Assembly: GCF_009834535.1 (NCBI RefSeq) | Contig: NC_045697.1 | Coordinates: 87,174,001 to 87,238,000, forward strand | Length of the DNA stretch: 64,000 bases | Reading direction: 5' to 3' | DNA from: Camelus ferus | Taxonomy: Eukaryota | Part shown: piece after piece, positions 26,096-40,437 of the stretch | Position numbering within the stretch: position 1 is the stretch's first letter | Layout of the letters: every line of letters begins with the position of its first letter | Made by a program: the position numbers and the translations under genes | Notes under the pieces: model-generated | Databases searched by the model: none | Seen by the model: the letters and a program-made list of their open reading frames with translations, nothing else | What the model was told of the DNA's origin: nothing

Positions 26096-29000
26096 AACTT
26101 ACGAGATTACACAGTTAAATTTTATAATAAATTGCCTAAAGTGATAATATTTCCATTTTGAAAGGCAAACATGTTGATTCATATTACTTCATTAGAAAAA
26201 CTAATTATGGCTACTCTTTAATTGTATTGATACATGTAACATCCATGAAATTCAGATGATTTCCCACTGATATCTATGATTTTCAATTTTGAAAATAATA
26301 AATTATTACTTGCCTTTTGAAATCAATATATACTACCAGAGTTGACCATAGAAGTGACTTTTTTTCCTAAGGATGTTTTAATTTTTCTTATGTGTCTAAG
26401 ATTAAATTTGAAAGATGTTCACATAGGGGAAAATTCAAATTTAGTAAACTATAAACTTTTGACAATGGAAGGTTGAATCTACTAGGTTAAATATCTGCTC
26501 ATCTCTGCTACCGTACTTTTGCTAAATAAAGTTACATTTTAGAACCTGGCACGTTACTGTGTACCAAAGTTATGAATTCTATTAGGAGAAAAGACAGAGT
26601 AGTCTCCAGTTTCCCTTAAGTAAAGCTTGTTTATAAAAAGATAATAATCATAAGGAATTAATTGAATACTACTTCAAATGGGGGATAATTATACATGGAG
26701 TATTTTGGGTATATATTTAGGAGTCATTTAAAATATGATAAGCATTATATCATTTTGTAAGTCTCTTTAGTTTTGGTTAGAAAAAAGCCAGAGATTCCTT
26801 TTCTAGATACTAAAAGCTATAAATATTATTAATTTGTGTCTGATAGCTCTCTGTATAGAAAAGGGAAAATTGGTATTACCATAAATATGCTCTGTTCTTC
26901 AAATGAGTGGTTGAAGGTAATTGTAGGTGATTGGGATTTCACTCTGTTTCTGGTTATCATGCTTAAAATCTTATGACACGATTTGTTTTAGAGTAATGCT
27001 TGTTTGCAGTTAAGTACATCCATTAGCGGTAAGCTGGTTAAACAGTACCTGTCCTCAGTTGGTAAATGTCTACTTGGATAATGGTAATGCAGTAACAATC
27101 TGGATATAGAAACTGCAGAATTAAATCTGTGCTGATGAAATAGAAACTGTCTTGTCAGTTTAAAACTATCAGAGGGTTGCATGTTCAGTGGGGGTTGGGG
27201 GAAGACAAAGTAATAAGCTGCTTCTTACTAGAAGTAGTGAAGAGCTCTTCCATTCCTTGAATAACCTCTTAAAAGGTGACTTTTTTTCATCTTAGCTTTC
27301 AATCCTTGCTTATATGATGAAAATAAAGTGAGAAACCTAGAAATATGGATTTAGTAAATTCTCATTTTTATATTAACATGGAATAAGATTTTAATCAATA
27401 AGTGCCTGATGGGGGAGAGAATTTATATTTAATACCAACCTGTGGTGTGCCTATATTTTAAATTATTAATCCTCACAATAACCCCATATATCCAAGGAGG
27501 ATTGGTACCTTGTCTAGGGTCATACAGTCCCAAAGAGATGGAGCCTGCCTTGAGCCTTGTTCTGTCTGACTGTAAAATCATATTCTTTTCCTCTTAAACA
27601 AGCAGATATGTATGGTATATGCAGCATAATGTGAAATAGATATGAAAGAGGTAACTGCCAGTATAGTATGGTTTCTAGTTGGAGCCAAATGAGTGGCACA
27701 AAGGAAGGAGAAGTTGCTCCAGAGTGGAATAATCAGGAAAAGCTATAGAGGATACAACCTGAATTGGACTATGTACTCTGGGTAAATTGTCACTAGATAG
27801 AGATACTGGCCATAGGTGGAGTAAAGAAAGACTAAGGGATTTTGAAAGATAGTTGTTAGTATGTGTTTGAAAACAAAAGGGAAGATGGGCTCTGGGCAAC
27901 TTAAGGGCGCAGTCTCAGTTATTGGTGTCTCAGTACTTAGCACAGTGCCTGATACCCAAGTAGATGCTTAAAAATGTTTAAATGGTGCATCCACGTTGAA
28001 TTTGAATTTGTTGAATTGAAAACATTCTGGGAGATGAAAAACATAATTAAGAGCGTATAGTCTTGCATTGTTGGAGGTAGCAAAATGAAGAGTGCTTTTC
28101 CCTAAGTTGTTAGCCTGGTGTAGGGGCTGTGGGGACTGGGAATGGGCAGGAATGGGGAAAGGAAGAAAGAGAATGAGCACAAGTCAACTTTTCCTCTGAT
28201 TTAGAATAATGGGTCTAAAAAGGGAAGACTTTTGAGGTCATGAGCAAGGCTGATGAAAGAGTTAACAACTGTTTCCCTTAGCCAATTTCTGGAGACTGAC
28301 TTGAAGCTTTGAGGAGAGTAGGAAGGATTTGGATTAACCATCAAGGCAAGGGCAGATGGGTTCATAAGACTAGCCATGTAGCAAGCAGCAAGGATCTAGT
28401 TGGAATTTGAGAATTAAGTTTGGATTATGTTTATAGATTTTTCTGTTTTCTTCTCAGAAATCTGAGGTGCAGTGCAGAGCAAATAGTTCTGCCTTAGTAT
28501 TTACCATTCCAGGTCTAACATTTGCAATCATATCAGGTTCCATACTTTTTTCAGGTCATGGGATCTGGCTGCAAATGTATCCCTAGGCCTTTGTGCAGGG
28601 TTCGAACTGTGTGTAAGAACAAAGTTAAAATAGTCCTCTAAACGATTTCTCTCAAGTGTGCTTAGAAAAGCTTTGGGTCACACAGCTCAAGTAGCAGAGC
28701 TGGTAAAACGATTTGGTGGGAAACGCTAATGGGTTCATTTTTGCAGTTCTAATGATTGTAGTATTTTTAGTAGTTATGATGTGGAGCTCTGTCCTTCCTA
28801 TCATCTAATTATAATGTTCAAGGGCTGATTGCATGTGCTCTTTGACTACCCTCCTGGCACTAAGAACCATAAACAAAGCTGCAGGCACTAATTACCTCCT
28901 TTTCCTAATCTGAATTTTGATGTGCTTTTGAACTAGTAAATCTTCCAGCATTCTCAGAGGGCTTCCCCTACTATTGGAAAAACTTTTACTTCCCCTGAAT

Positions 29001-29644
29001 TCAGTGGACTAGATTCTGAATTGAAGTTTTTTTTGAGAAGTTTTTGATGCTTATAATTTTATAGTGGCACGAATAAGTCAATGTGTCTTTTTTTGTTTTT
29101 ATATATCCAAACCAGCACTGCCTGCATATGAGGAGATAATTAGAAAAGTTTACTCTTAAGATACTCATGAGATGTGTTTGTTTTTGATGGAAAACAAGGA
29201 GACAAAGAGGCTTCATCTTGTCTATTGATGGTTAGAGTCTGTCTGTAACTAATCAATAACATGATCCTTTATTTCTTTTTGATGTGCTAGTACCTTAATT
29301 TCTTATGGTAATACTAAGAAAGTAGAAAGAATAAAAATTAACTTTGGGTTTATATCAGCTGAGAGGAAGGTGATTCACTATTGCTGAGCAGATATGAAAA
29401 ATGACAAGGCAGAGTCTATTTATCTCTTTTTGGTTAAAGAACCAGGGAACACTTTTGGCTAATAACTTTGCAATGAATGAGATTTATTAGCTTGAAGGAT
29501 AGAACTATTGTTTTTCTCCCAAGTCTTGATCAAGAGAGTATATGGTCTTATATAAAAATAAGGATAATTTAGTTTATGATTTTTCTTCTTTTTTAAACAT
29601 TCAATTCGTTAAACTCTTTCTCACTCCTTTTTAAAATGATTATT

Positions 29645-30065
29645 ATTTGTTATGTGACTTGGACATCTCACTCTACATCAATTTCCTTATCCTTAAAATG
29701 GAGTTATTAAGCTACCTGTTTTAACTGGGCCATTGTGAGGATTAAATAAGATCATATCTTTGTAATGATTAGAATGACTAGAACAGTACCTGATAATTAC
29801 TTAGTGAATATTAGCTTTTGTTTTCAGTTAAACCAATATGGCTTCAGCCACACTGGCAGGGGTCATATTCTAGCTCTGTCTGCCCTTAACTAGTTATGTG
29901 ACCTTAGGGAAGTTACTTAACCTCATTTTCCACATCTTTAACATGGAAGTAATATTAATGCCTATCTTAAAGATTTTTGTGAAAATTAAATGAGTTAATT
30001 AATGCATGTTAAAGTGCTTAGAACAAACTGGCACGTAGTAAGCCTATTATTATAGTTATTTTCAA
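29645..30065. mobile_element. Two tandem MIR relics
   Basis: tatgtgacttggacatctcactc...taaaatggag and agttatgtgaccttagggaagttacttaacctcattttccacatc. Confidence 0.7.
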
Positions 30066-32129
30066 TATTATCACTGTTTTTGTTTTGACAAATTTTATTA
30101 TAACACAAAAAAGTGCTATAAGTATACAAAGTTCTACATCATGGCCAAGTAGAGAAATAACAATAGATAAGGTAAAATCACAAGACATGAGAGAAGAAAA
30201 AGAAGTTCAACTGATAGGAACAGCCATAAGAGTAAGTACCACAGAAACAGACAGTGTAAAATGTGTACACCCAAGGAGAGAGGACAGATAAGATAGGAAA
30301 GTGAAAACTCTCCCTACTTCTAAAATTCATTTCTTTGTTTATACACACATGCACACACGAAATATAATCCTAGACTGAGTTACTTGCTCTGTTGGCTGCT
30401 GTCTCTCATCACTTTATAGCATTTATTATGGTATATTGTATTTGCTTGGTTAATTGTCCGTCCTCTTCAGACTGCAAGCTCTTTGAACGCAGGAAACATG
30501 TATGTCTTGTTTATCTTTGAAATCATTGTGTTTTGCATATAGAAGACACTCAATAAATACTTACTAAATTTCAAAAACAAGACTTTGCAATACCGACATA
30601 TGTTTTTCCATGAAATTTTTTCTGATATTTCCCATAAATATGTCTTAAATATGAAGTACATGTGTGTATATATTTTATGTATATATAAAATCCTTGACTG
30701 TGTGCAACTTACTTGTCTTTACTGCATGTAACATTTTGTTTCTAAATTTTTTCTTTTAACTGGAAAGTCTCAATGTTTATTAAAATTAAATACCTATGCT
30801 ATTTAACATAATAAGGGTCACCAAATATTTAGGAAAATGCAGTTGCCTTATTTACCACATTTATATAATGTTAATTTTTCTATTATTTATTTTCTTCCTG
30901 AGTCTATTATTCTTTTTGTTTGTAAAGCAGTATACTTGATGCTGCAACCAGTGGCTTTTTGCCATGCATTCTTAGTACTTCTTGGAACATTTGGTTTAGG
31001 AAGTAGGGTAATTAGTATATAAACATTGTGTAGCAGAACTACTCTAATTAGTGCCTTTTGGCCTGGGTTCAGTGATAAACAAAGTAAGATGCACGTCAGC
31101 ATTTGTCCTAACAGTTTATAAAAATTCTGTTATGGCCCTTTGGGACAGCGTACACAAGATACATTAAATAATGTGGGAGTTGAAACCATGAGAAAGGGTT
31201 CTATCGTGTCGATTTAATAGTCTTCATATAATAAATTAGCTGCCTAACTTTGAAAGCTTTCATTTGTTGTAATCATTCAGAAATCCTCAACTTAGCCATA
31301 AAAATGTATCCCTAATAACTTTTCACATTTTTAATGAAACGTTGCCTCTTTAATCTGTACCTGAACCAATTTCTCTGTGTTTCTATAATCTACTAGCAGA
31401 AGAAGAGCATCAGTTTAGACCATGAGAATGAAATAGATTTAAAACTTTTAAGGTGCAAAGGCAAACATTTCTCACTGACTTTACGAGGCCTTCAGCAATT
31501 TTCCTTGGGTTCAGTTCATTGTTTCTCAAGTCTCTTATTTCTGAAAAGCAGTACTTCCTATTTTTGAAGTATAACTGCTCGGAAGACTTTTCCTATTAAG
31601 TTGTTGTCCTGTCAGTCACATTACTCAAGCTGCTATCCATATAAGGACCGATAATTTTTTCTAGAGACTAAGAACAGAACTGTCTGCCTGACAGCTTGTT
31701 TTTCAGAGACACTCTGAGATTAAAATTGGGGTCAGTGTATGAGGTCTTGGTGCTGCTGCTTTTGAATCTGATTTGTACTCAGAATGTTAGTTGTCAAAAA
31801 CCTCTTTGTGATTAATTTCCTTGTATGAAACCACTGAAAACGGAAAGTAAATATGTTTAAAAGTAGAAAACTTAATAGTTGAATATTTGTCAAAGAAATG
31901 GAAATGATCATCAAAACTCTCCCTAAATTCTACACACAAACAACTGAATAAACTGACACACCTCCCCAAGTTGAATAGGTTTTACAATGTACTTTCACCA
32001 AACTTTCGGGAGTTTGTAGTTCCTGTCTCATGAATATATTAAAAAAAAATAAGTTGAGTTGAGAGAATGCTGCCTGGCTAGTTTTGTAAGCTTGTACAAT
32101 CTTAATTCCAGAAGAATAGTATAAGAAAG

Positions 32130-34085
32130 GACGATTGTAGGTCCATCTCACAATGACAAGTGTGAAAATTCTAAATGAAATATTAGCTACCTAAATTCCA
32201 ACAATAGATTTTTTTTTTAATGTAGTATTTATCTCTGGAAGGCGGGATGGTTTAGTACCAAAAATATCAATGAAATCTATTAATGGTAAAAATACATAAA
32301 TAGATTAAAAATTCACATAATTATCTAAAAGAATGCTTACAAGGTATTTGATAAAATTTAACTCCAACTTATGACTAAAAGAAAACCAGGAAAAAGAAAC
32401 TTTACAAGCTTGATGAAGGTTGCATACTAAAACCTATAGCAAACATCAAAAATTTAAACTTTAAACAAACTTTAAACAAAACAAGACAAATGTACCTGCC
32501 AAGACTGATATTCTTGATATAGATATGACTAATCCAATAAGAAAAAAATAAAATGAGATAAAGATAGAGGAAGAGGAAGAAGGGGTAAAAGATAAAAATA
32601 TAACAGACAAAACAGCTGTCATTTGGAGATTATGTGATGTCTCCATAGGCAAACAATTAGGACTAGCAAAAAGCAAGTTAAAATACTTTCAGGAATCAAT
32701 GGTTTTGTTTTTCCACATTAGCAGTAACTACATTTCAAAATTCACAATAGTTAAAAAAATTATAATGCATTTAGACATTAACCTAAAAACTGCATAGCAA
32801 ATTTTAAAACTTTACTGAAGGATGTGAATAAAGACTTGAATAAATGAAGGGTTATATCATATGCATTGGTGGGGGACATAACAACATAAAGATGTCAATT
32901 CTCACCGAGGACAATTCCAATTAAAATAATAATGGGATTTTTTGAGACCTGAATAAAATGACTATGATGAAGGAACAAAAATCTACAAGTAGTTAAGTCT
33001 ATTTGAAATACATCTGGAAGAAGATTGAATTTTGATTTTTTTTTATACTAATTTTAATTCATTTTAATAAAAGCAGTTTGGAACTGGCACAGAAACATAA
33101 TCATACTAATGAAACAGGTGGGTGCTCAAGAACAGACTCAAAATGAGGAAGAGGTATATTGCTTAGTAGTTTCTTGGAAAAACTGGTTTATTAGATGAAA
33201 AATATACAGTTGGGCCTCTACCTCACATCATGTACAATATGAACGGCAGAGAGAACAATGGCCAACCTAGAAGTAACAGGTAAAAGCATAGTGATAATAA
33301 AAGAAAATATCAGAGAATATCTTTGTGACCTTGGTATGTGAGAGAGCTACTTAAACCCTTTCCCAGAAGCACATCCTATCAGGGATAAATTGGTAGCTTT
33401 ACAATGTCAAAACTGAGGATTTGTGTTCAGTGAATTACAGGGTAAAACAAAACTAACATAAAAGTGACAGATTAGACGAAGTTACCAGCAACATCAAAGA
33501 CTGAAAAGAGATGCATATATGGACTATGAGAAATGCTTGCAAATTCAAGAATAAGAATGGGAAAGCAGTGTATATATAAAAGTAGAGGTTATTCCTAGGC
33601 AATTCATGGGAGGACGTTTTTGAACAGCTACGTATATGAAGAGAGATGTTTAACCATATAAGTAATTAGACAAATGCTTACTAAAATAACAGTAACATAC
33701 CACCTCACATCCATCTAAGTGAGAAGAAATTTTTGGAAAACCAGTAGGTAGATCAACATGTAGGTGAAAATTTGGGGTAATGGGCACACTTAATGACTAG
33801 TGGTGGGAATCTAGACTGATGTAACCAGTCTGAAGAGAACTCTTACAATCCTCAGTAAAAGTATGTGTATAATTTGTCCCCTAGTAGTCCAATATTTGTG
33901 TGCACATTCCAGTGAAACACAGCTGAGGTCTATGATGGGGGTATATAGCCAACAGTGTGGCAGAATTGTTTCTGGTAGCATAGAGTTGAAGATAACATGA
34001 GTCTTTCACTAGAGAGATGGTTAAGTAAAATGTGATGGATGCATTCTGTGAAACACTGTGTAGCAGTCAGAAGCAATAAAATAAC
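32130..34085 (+). mobile_element. Ancient L1 (L1M-type) ORF2/3' relic
   Basis: A-rich L1 texture with recognisable motifs (aaggtatttgataaaattta, ctacctcacatcatgtac, taccacctcacatccat, tggtgggaat). Confidence 0.75.
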
Positions 34086-34089
34086 TATA

Positions 34090-34675
34090 CTGGCAGTGCT
34101 CTCCAGCCCAAGACCCCCAGGAACAGACATCTGTTGTGGAAACAAAATGGGTTTATTACTCATCATAGGGAAGGGTGACACACACTGTGGGGAACTGTGA
34201 AGCTTCTCAGCAAGAGAATGTTTCCAAGGACTTAACAAGATATGAGCTTATGTTAGATGATTTGAAAGAGGGTTAAGGTAGGACTTTGCTCTGGTTTGAA
34301 TACTGTCAGGAAGCAGAATTAATTCTGTGATTGCTTATTTTAATTAAATCTTATCCAAAAATGGTAAGAGTAGAACGCAGCAAAGCTGTTAATTGGCAAA
34401 GAAACAGCGATCACTCTTACTAGCCAGGGTAGGAAATATTTGGTTGTTTTTGTGGCTTGGACAATGTTCGTATGTCTGTATTCAAACATGATTATGTCCT
34501 AGTCTTGTGTTTGTCGTGATCCATTATGGTCACAGAGTGGCCTTGTCTAATGTTGATGTTCTGTGGAATTGTTTATGTTCAACTGAACACTTGAGTGTTA
34601 GGCCAGCTCTCAGTGACATGAAGGCCTTGCTGATAATACCAGGCCAGTTCCCTGATGTGCTCTTCTCTTCCACAG
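34090..34675. mobile_element. Probable solo LTR relic inserted in the old L1
   Basis: Abrupt change of composition that interrupts the L1 3' end, with LTR-like text (gggtttattactc, ttggcaaagaaacagc, cacagagtggccttgtc). Family not assigned. Confidence 0.5.
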
Positions 34676-37600
34676 TGCTGTAACAGCATGAGGGAACTTG
34701 GAATGTGACATAGATTATTAAAAGGCCTGACAAGATCTATAGCATAATATTATTTATGTAAATTAAACATCTAAGTAAAACAAGGGTATCTGTATTATTC
34801 AAGGATTAATGTGTATATATAAGATTCTATACCAGATGCATAGGTTCTCATTTTTAGTGAGGGTAGAGAAAAGGGGCTAGTAGCCAATACTGAGATTGAA
34901 AAGAAATATTAAGTAAGAGAAGAGCCTCCTGAGGACCATTGTGATAGTATGCTGTGGACTGAGAATTATGATAATTCAGTTCCCAGCAGTGGGATCCAAA
35001 GGCCAATCTGTACATCAGCAGAAACGAGGTGGGAAAGAGTAGGAGCCCGTGGCCCAGCCTCGTGTTTGCATTGACTGCCCTCGCCTTTTGGGAGGTGGGG
35101 GAGGTGGAGTGCCTCCTTTAAGCTCTCCTAAATCTCTTTCATTTCCCCCAGCAGGAATGAGCTATTGTAATGATAGCATGTCGACACTTGCTGAAATAAA
35201 ACATGCCCACCAGTGTAACATGAGAGCATTAATATTTCATGTGGAAACTTGATTTAACTTTGAACATATCCCAAAATTTTGAAAGTAAAAACAACACAAC
35301 AACAAATAGCCTGCCTCATATTAGCTGCAGAGAAAGCTGGCTTGTTGCATCGTAGGTAAAAGATTTTTTCATAAACTATAAAATTAGGGTCTGTAATCAT
35401 GTTATTATGTCTTCATTTGCTGTCTAACTGTAGAAAAGTGCTTGCGCCTTTAAGAAGAAAGAGACTTCCTATCCCCACTCCTGGTCTCTTATCAGTGATT
35501 CTTTGAAAGTACATGTCCTAGTGTCTTGAGTGAACTCACTTCAGCTTCTGTGATATTTAGAAGTAGTAGTAATAGGTATTAAGAGCGTAGATTTTTAATT
35601 TAGGAAGGGAAAAGCCTTAATTTTTATTTTGACAGTTTTCTGTTCAACTCTAAAGTGAACGTGCAGGTCTCTGTCTGCTGGGGTCCTCATGCTTTGCTCT
35701 GTCTCTTTCAGTGTTTCCATCGCATTGGGTCTCCTGGCTTCCTGGACATGTTAGCAAGATAAGGCTGATGCACCTGTGAAGGGCACTCTGCCTCGGGTTC
35801 TGACTTACTGTTGGTTCTTATTCTTCATTGACTCTGTTCTGGAAAGGGTGTCTTGATGTTATTTTTAAAATATTCTTTCTCTTAATTTATATCACTTTAT
35901 GTTCAGGCAGGGGGAAAAAGTATACAATGATAGTTCTTAGGGCATCAAATCTTGTTTTGTCATCTCTCTAATTACTTGGGCCTTTATTAACATTATAATA
36001 GCAAATGTAGAACTTTTTTCTGTGAAGCATTCACAGAAAAACCCTGAAATTAGTTTTTAAGGGTAATTACTTTTTATTACACTACCTTTATAAATCCATG
36101 GCAGATCCCTAGGTTTCTTTTATGTCCACTAGTAAATACAATGAATTTTGATTTAAGAAGCAGACGTACTTCCATTCCCATTCTTGGACAACACCCTAAT
36201 TGGTGAATTACTCTGGAATTTTGCTTATAAAAATATAAGCTGTGAGATCTCTGTATGGCTTCTGTTTTCTTGAGAGAGGCAACATTGTTTCTTATAAAAC
36301 TTATTCGTTCAGATTTCTGGGTTTGATCTCTTGAAATTTCTGTGCTTCGTCTCTAAAAATATTTAGCAAATTCCACATTTGTTTTATGCAGATCAGGTTA
36401 AGAAGGAACTGTGTTCTCAAAATTGTGCTCTACATAAATTGTTCAGATTCACATTTTTCTGTGAAACAGTATTAAGAATGATAGCTCACAGTCTCTTTTA
36501 AACACATAATATGGCTAACATTATGTTTGCAGTAAAGAATACTAGAAAAAGTAATACTGCTGCAAGCATGCAAATAGTCTTTAATTTGACATGCCCCTGT
36601 GCTTCTGTTAATACCTGCAGATAGACTTCCCACAGCTGCATTGGTCCATTCCAGGTTGTGAAACTCATTTACACTAAAATATGAGTGAAAATGCTTGATC
36701 TGCCTTTGATCTTATGAAATAGGGAGAGCTAACAGACAGTGTTAAAATCTTATGCTCCTCCTTTCTCCCAGCCAGTTTTCCTTCCTAGACATATTTATGT
36801 TTTCTATATCCCCTACACCCTTGGGCCCAAGATTATAAAGCATAATAAGAAGTCAAAAAGAATAACTTTAGGGGAACTTTTTTCAATTCGTGTACTTAAG
36901 TGGACTAGGACCTTAGGCAATTTTCCCTGCAGATGCTAGCAATCTGGAAGGAGTAAAATGGGAGCAGACAGGTTGCTTCCTCACCTAAATCACTGAATGT
37001 GTTTCTTTGCAAACTTTTCAAATCATCAACTCACACACACTTTATAAGACTTTATTTAGTATCTCCATATCAGGAATGGAACTTGACACAATTTTCTGTA
37101 CATGCACGCACACATAATAAATGTCACCCTCTTGCAACTACAATAAGAATTCGTGCTTATAGCATTGGACTTTCTGTTAAAATCATTAACTTGAAATAGT
37201 GTTCTTCACAGGGGAATTTCATCAGAAAGGATATAAGGTGTTTTAAGCATGTGATTGATTCCAAAGGAAAGGGAAAGCTAATAAAGAACTTAGTAGTATA
37301 ACCATTGATTTAGCTATTTTACAGGTACAGTTTGGATCTAAAGTGATTTTTTTAAAGTCTCTTTAGCCACTGTGGTGATAGGAGACAGATTTCATATATA
37401 GAGAGGTTCATATGTGGTACATTTGGCTTTAAAAGTAATTGTGGTTGGCACTGTAATAGGAAGTCAGCTAGGGTCACTGATGACATCTAATACCCAATGT
37501 TCCTGGTAGGCATGGGCCAGCGTTTGATTTGTTCTTTTGAGGAGAGGTTTATATGTCTAGTTAGGCAACATAAATTCTTATTTTTGGCATTCACATTAGA

Positions 37601-37889
37601 TTCTCTATTTTGGTTTCTATATTTTTACACACTATAGACAAGTAGTAAATCCCCTAATTCTCTAACCAGAGAAATTCCTGAGAATACAGGTGTTTAAAAC
37701 TTGAAGTAAGATTACATTAAAACCTTTCACTAGTTTGAAGGAGAAAAGGATATTGTCTTTAATTCTCTATTTATAAATAACGTTTTGGCTACGTTTTAAA
37801 ATTGTGTTTTATTACCTGATATACCAGGGGCATAGGGGTGTTATTCTTTTTGTTCTAAGGTCTCAGTATCTCTATTTTTCTTTAAAATG

Positions 37890-38112
37890 AGGGTCTGTAA
37901 ACTTTTTCTGTCGAAGTCCAGAGAGTAAATATTTTAAGCTATGCAGGCTACATATGGTCTCTGCTGCTTCCCCACCGCCCTCGACTCTGCCATCCTCTTC
38001 CCTTTGCTCCTCTTCCTCTGTTTTTCACAACCTTCTAAAAATGTAGAAATCATTCTAACCTTGAGTAGCCTAAAAACCAGATTTGACCCACTGGCTGGTT
38101 TAAGTGAGCCCT
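37890..38112. mobile_element. MER58-like hAT MITE
   Basis: gggtctgtaaactttttctgt...gtaaatattttaagctatgcaggc...ccagatttgaccc...gagccctt. Confidence 0.65.
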
Positions 38113-39409
38113 TAGTTCTAGACCCAGTTCTGCCCCCAACTCACTTGTGATTTTGGGCAGTTGGTATGATTGGCTTCTCTGGCCCTTGTATGCAGATAAC
38201 CTAGTAGTCTCTTCTAGCTTGCAAAATCTATGAAATACATATATATGTATACACACACACACTTGCTTTTGATTTATCATTTTAGATAAAGAGTTTAATT
38301 ATTGCAGAAAAAGTTTGGTTGTGCTTCAAGTAAATTTAATTAATGCCCAGGTTAGTTATTATCAGGGCCAAGCCATCTGGCATGTGAACTCAGTGTCAGA
38401 AAGTCTGAATTTTAGGTGTTTGTTCGTTTGTTTGTCTGTCTTTGCCACTTACTAGCCTTTTGTGGTTTCAAGCAAGCCACCAAACCATCTGAGTTTCAAT
38501 TTCTTCTGAAACTGAGGAAATGATACTAACTCCACCTACCTCTTAAAATTGCTTAATTTTCTGCTTGTACTGGAGATAATCAAAATGCTTTCTAAACTAC
38601 AAAACATAAAAATCATTCTTTTAAACTACATGGTTTTATAACTAAATTTCCCTTTATAAAGTTTATTATATGAAAAATGCTTTTAATTTAAAACTACTAG
38701 CTTAAATAACATTAGCCATCTAATCTAACATCTGGAAAACAGTAGAAGATCACTGGCTGGTTTGCCAAAGCAGCAGTAGCTTTTTCCCACCAGAAGTTAT
38801 ACCTAGATTTTGATTGTACTGTTTCTTTTCTAATCATATTATATGCTCTCTAGACCATACATAACTAGCTGAGTTCTTAATATAATGCCTTGCACATAGT
38901 AGCCACTCAAATATCTGCTGACTTTCTGTAGGACCTTAGTCTGCCTAGGCATCAGATGTTCCTATTTCCTTTTCAGCTGTAAATAATTACATTTTTACAC
39001 TCAGAGTATAAAACTGTTGCCTTTCCTTCTTTCATAGTTGTTATTAAAGAAATTCTCCACAGATGTTTAGTCCATTCCCTCAAATGATTCCCTTTTTTCC
39101 CCCTTCTTCTATGGCAGGAGAATGAAAAGAAAAATATTCCTTGAGACTGGACAGGTTTTGTGCAATTAAAAGATAGTTAATTCCCAGTTTACTTTTTTTT
39201 TAAACCCCCTCCCATCCGTTATTTCCATCAAAAGCTTCTTTAAACCAATTTTCATGTAATAAAAGCTATACCTTGGTTAATGGAAGTTGATCTGGGTGGT
39301 GGGGGCAGGTGAGAAGGAAACTCCCTAGAAATCTGAGATGGATTTCTCAGATTTATTTGCTTTTGTGTTATACACAACTTAAAGGGAAAGAAAGCAGAAT
39401 AACTTAGTG

Positions 39410-39575
39410 TAGTACTCCTCAAATCTAGCTGGACGTCAGAATCACCGGATGAACTTTGAAAAAACACAAGGGTTTTCTGGCCCTGCTGCAGACTTACTGA
39501 ATTAGAATCGTTGAGATGGTCAGACCTAGGAATCCATATTTTTTAAAAGATCCAGCTAGATTTGAAAACCAGTGA
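39410..39575. mobile_element. MER5A-like hAT MITE
   Basis: tagtactcctcaaat...cagaatcacc...tactgaattagaatc...tttgaaaaccagtg. Confidence 0.65.
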
Positions 39576-39964
39576 AGTAGTTACTACTATGGTCTGTAGA
39601 GGAAGATAGATGTGAGTTTAAATTCTGGCTGTGTTATTTACTTCCTGTATGAATTTGAGCAAATTATTTAACCTCTCTCCAAAAAGTTAAAGATAATAAT
39701 AAAATTTTATCTCATAGACATTTTCAAGGATTCCATGAGATAGCATAGCACTGAAATACTTCACAATAACACTCAGTAAATCATTTGTCATTGTTGTATG
39801 TGATTGTATTATTATTTTTCCTGACAGATACTGTAGCCTTTAGGAAAAAAGGGTTAAACAGAATTTAAATTTTGAATATAATCTTATTTGGTAGAATTTG
39901 ACTAGAAATTTACTTCATAGCAATCCCAAATTAAATTAGTGATGCCACATGTGAATTTTCAGCC

Positions 39965-40108
39965 TTATTGATAGCAATGGGCAGCTATATGTTCACTCTG
40001 TAGTTTTCTTATGGAAACTTGGTACTTTTTACAGCAGTAGTATGTATATGTTGCTAATAGGCCAAGAGAACAGTCATGTCCATTTGGTAAAAATGATTTA
40101 GAATTCAA
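39965..40108 (-). pseudogene. Fossil exon, putative last coding exon
   Basis: Strong acceptor tttttcttttactgcattcag|TTG. 47 open codons LNSKSFLPNGHDCSLGLLATYTYYCCKKYQVSIRKLQSEHIAAHCYQ, then TAA. Confidence 0.55.
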
Positions 40109-40189
40109 CTGAATGCAGTAAAAGAAAAATTGAAAAGAAAGAATGCAAACTTATTTTGTGTTTACTGCTTGATTTCCATTAGGCCCCAC

Positions 40190-40234
40190 CTGAATGTTTT
40201 TTAAGACCAAAGCCACAACTGAATCTGCTAGTGC
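40190..40234 (-). pseudogene. Fossil exon, 45 bp, phase 0-0
   Basis: ttcttgcag|GCA...CAG|gtgggg; open frame ALADSVVALVLKNIQ. Confidence 0.6.
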
Positions 40235-40437
40235 CTGCAAGAATTTTAAATATGCATGTTAATTTTAACAAACATTTAGTTTTCTTTAAAAGTGTGATTT
40301 CAAATACTATACCAGCCAGAAAAATATCAGTAATTCATATGTGTTAAAATAAGTATCTGTACAGACTGCTGTTGTTTTTAACATCCTAAAAAGAATGAGA
40401 TCCTTTTAAAGTATTTATCCTTTATGTTTATGTATAC

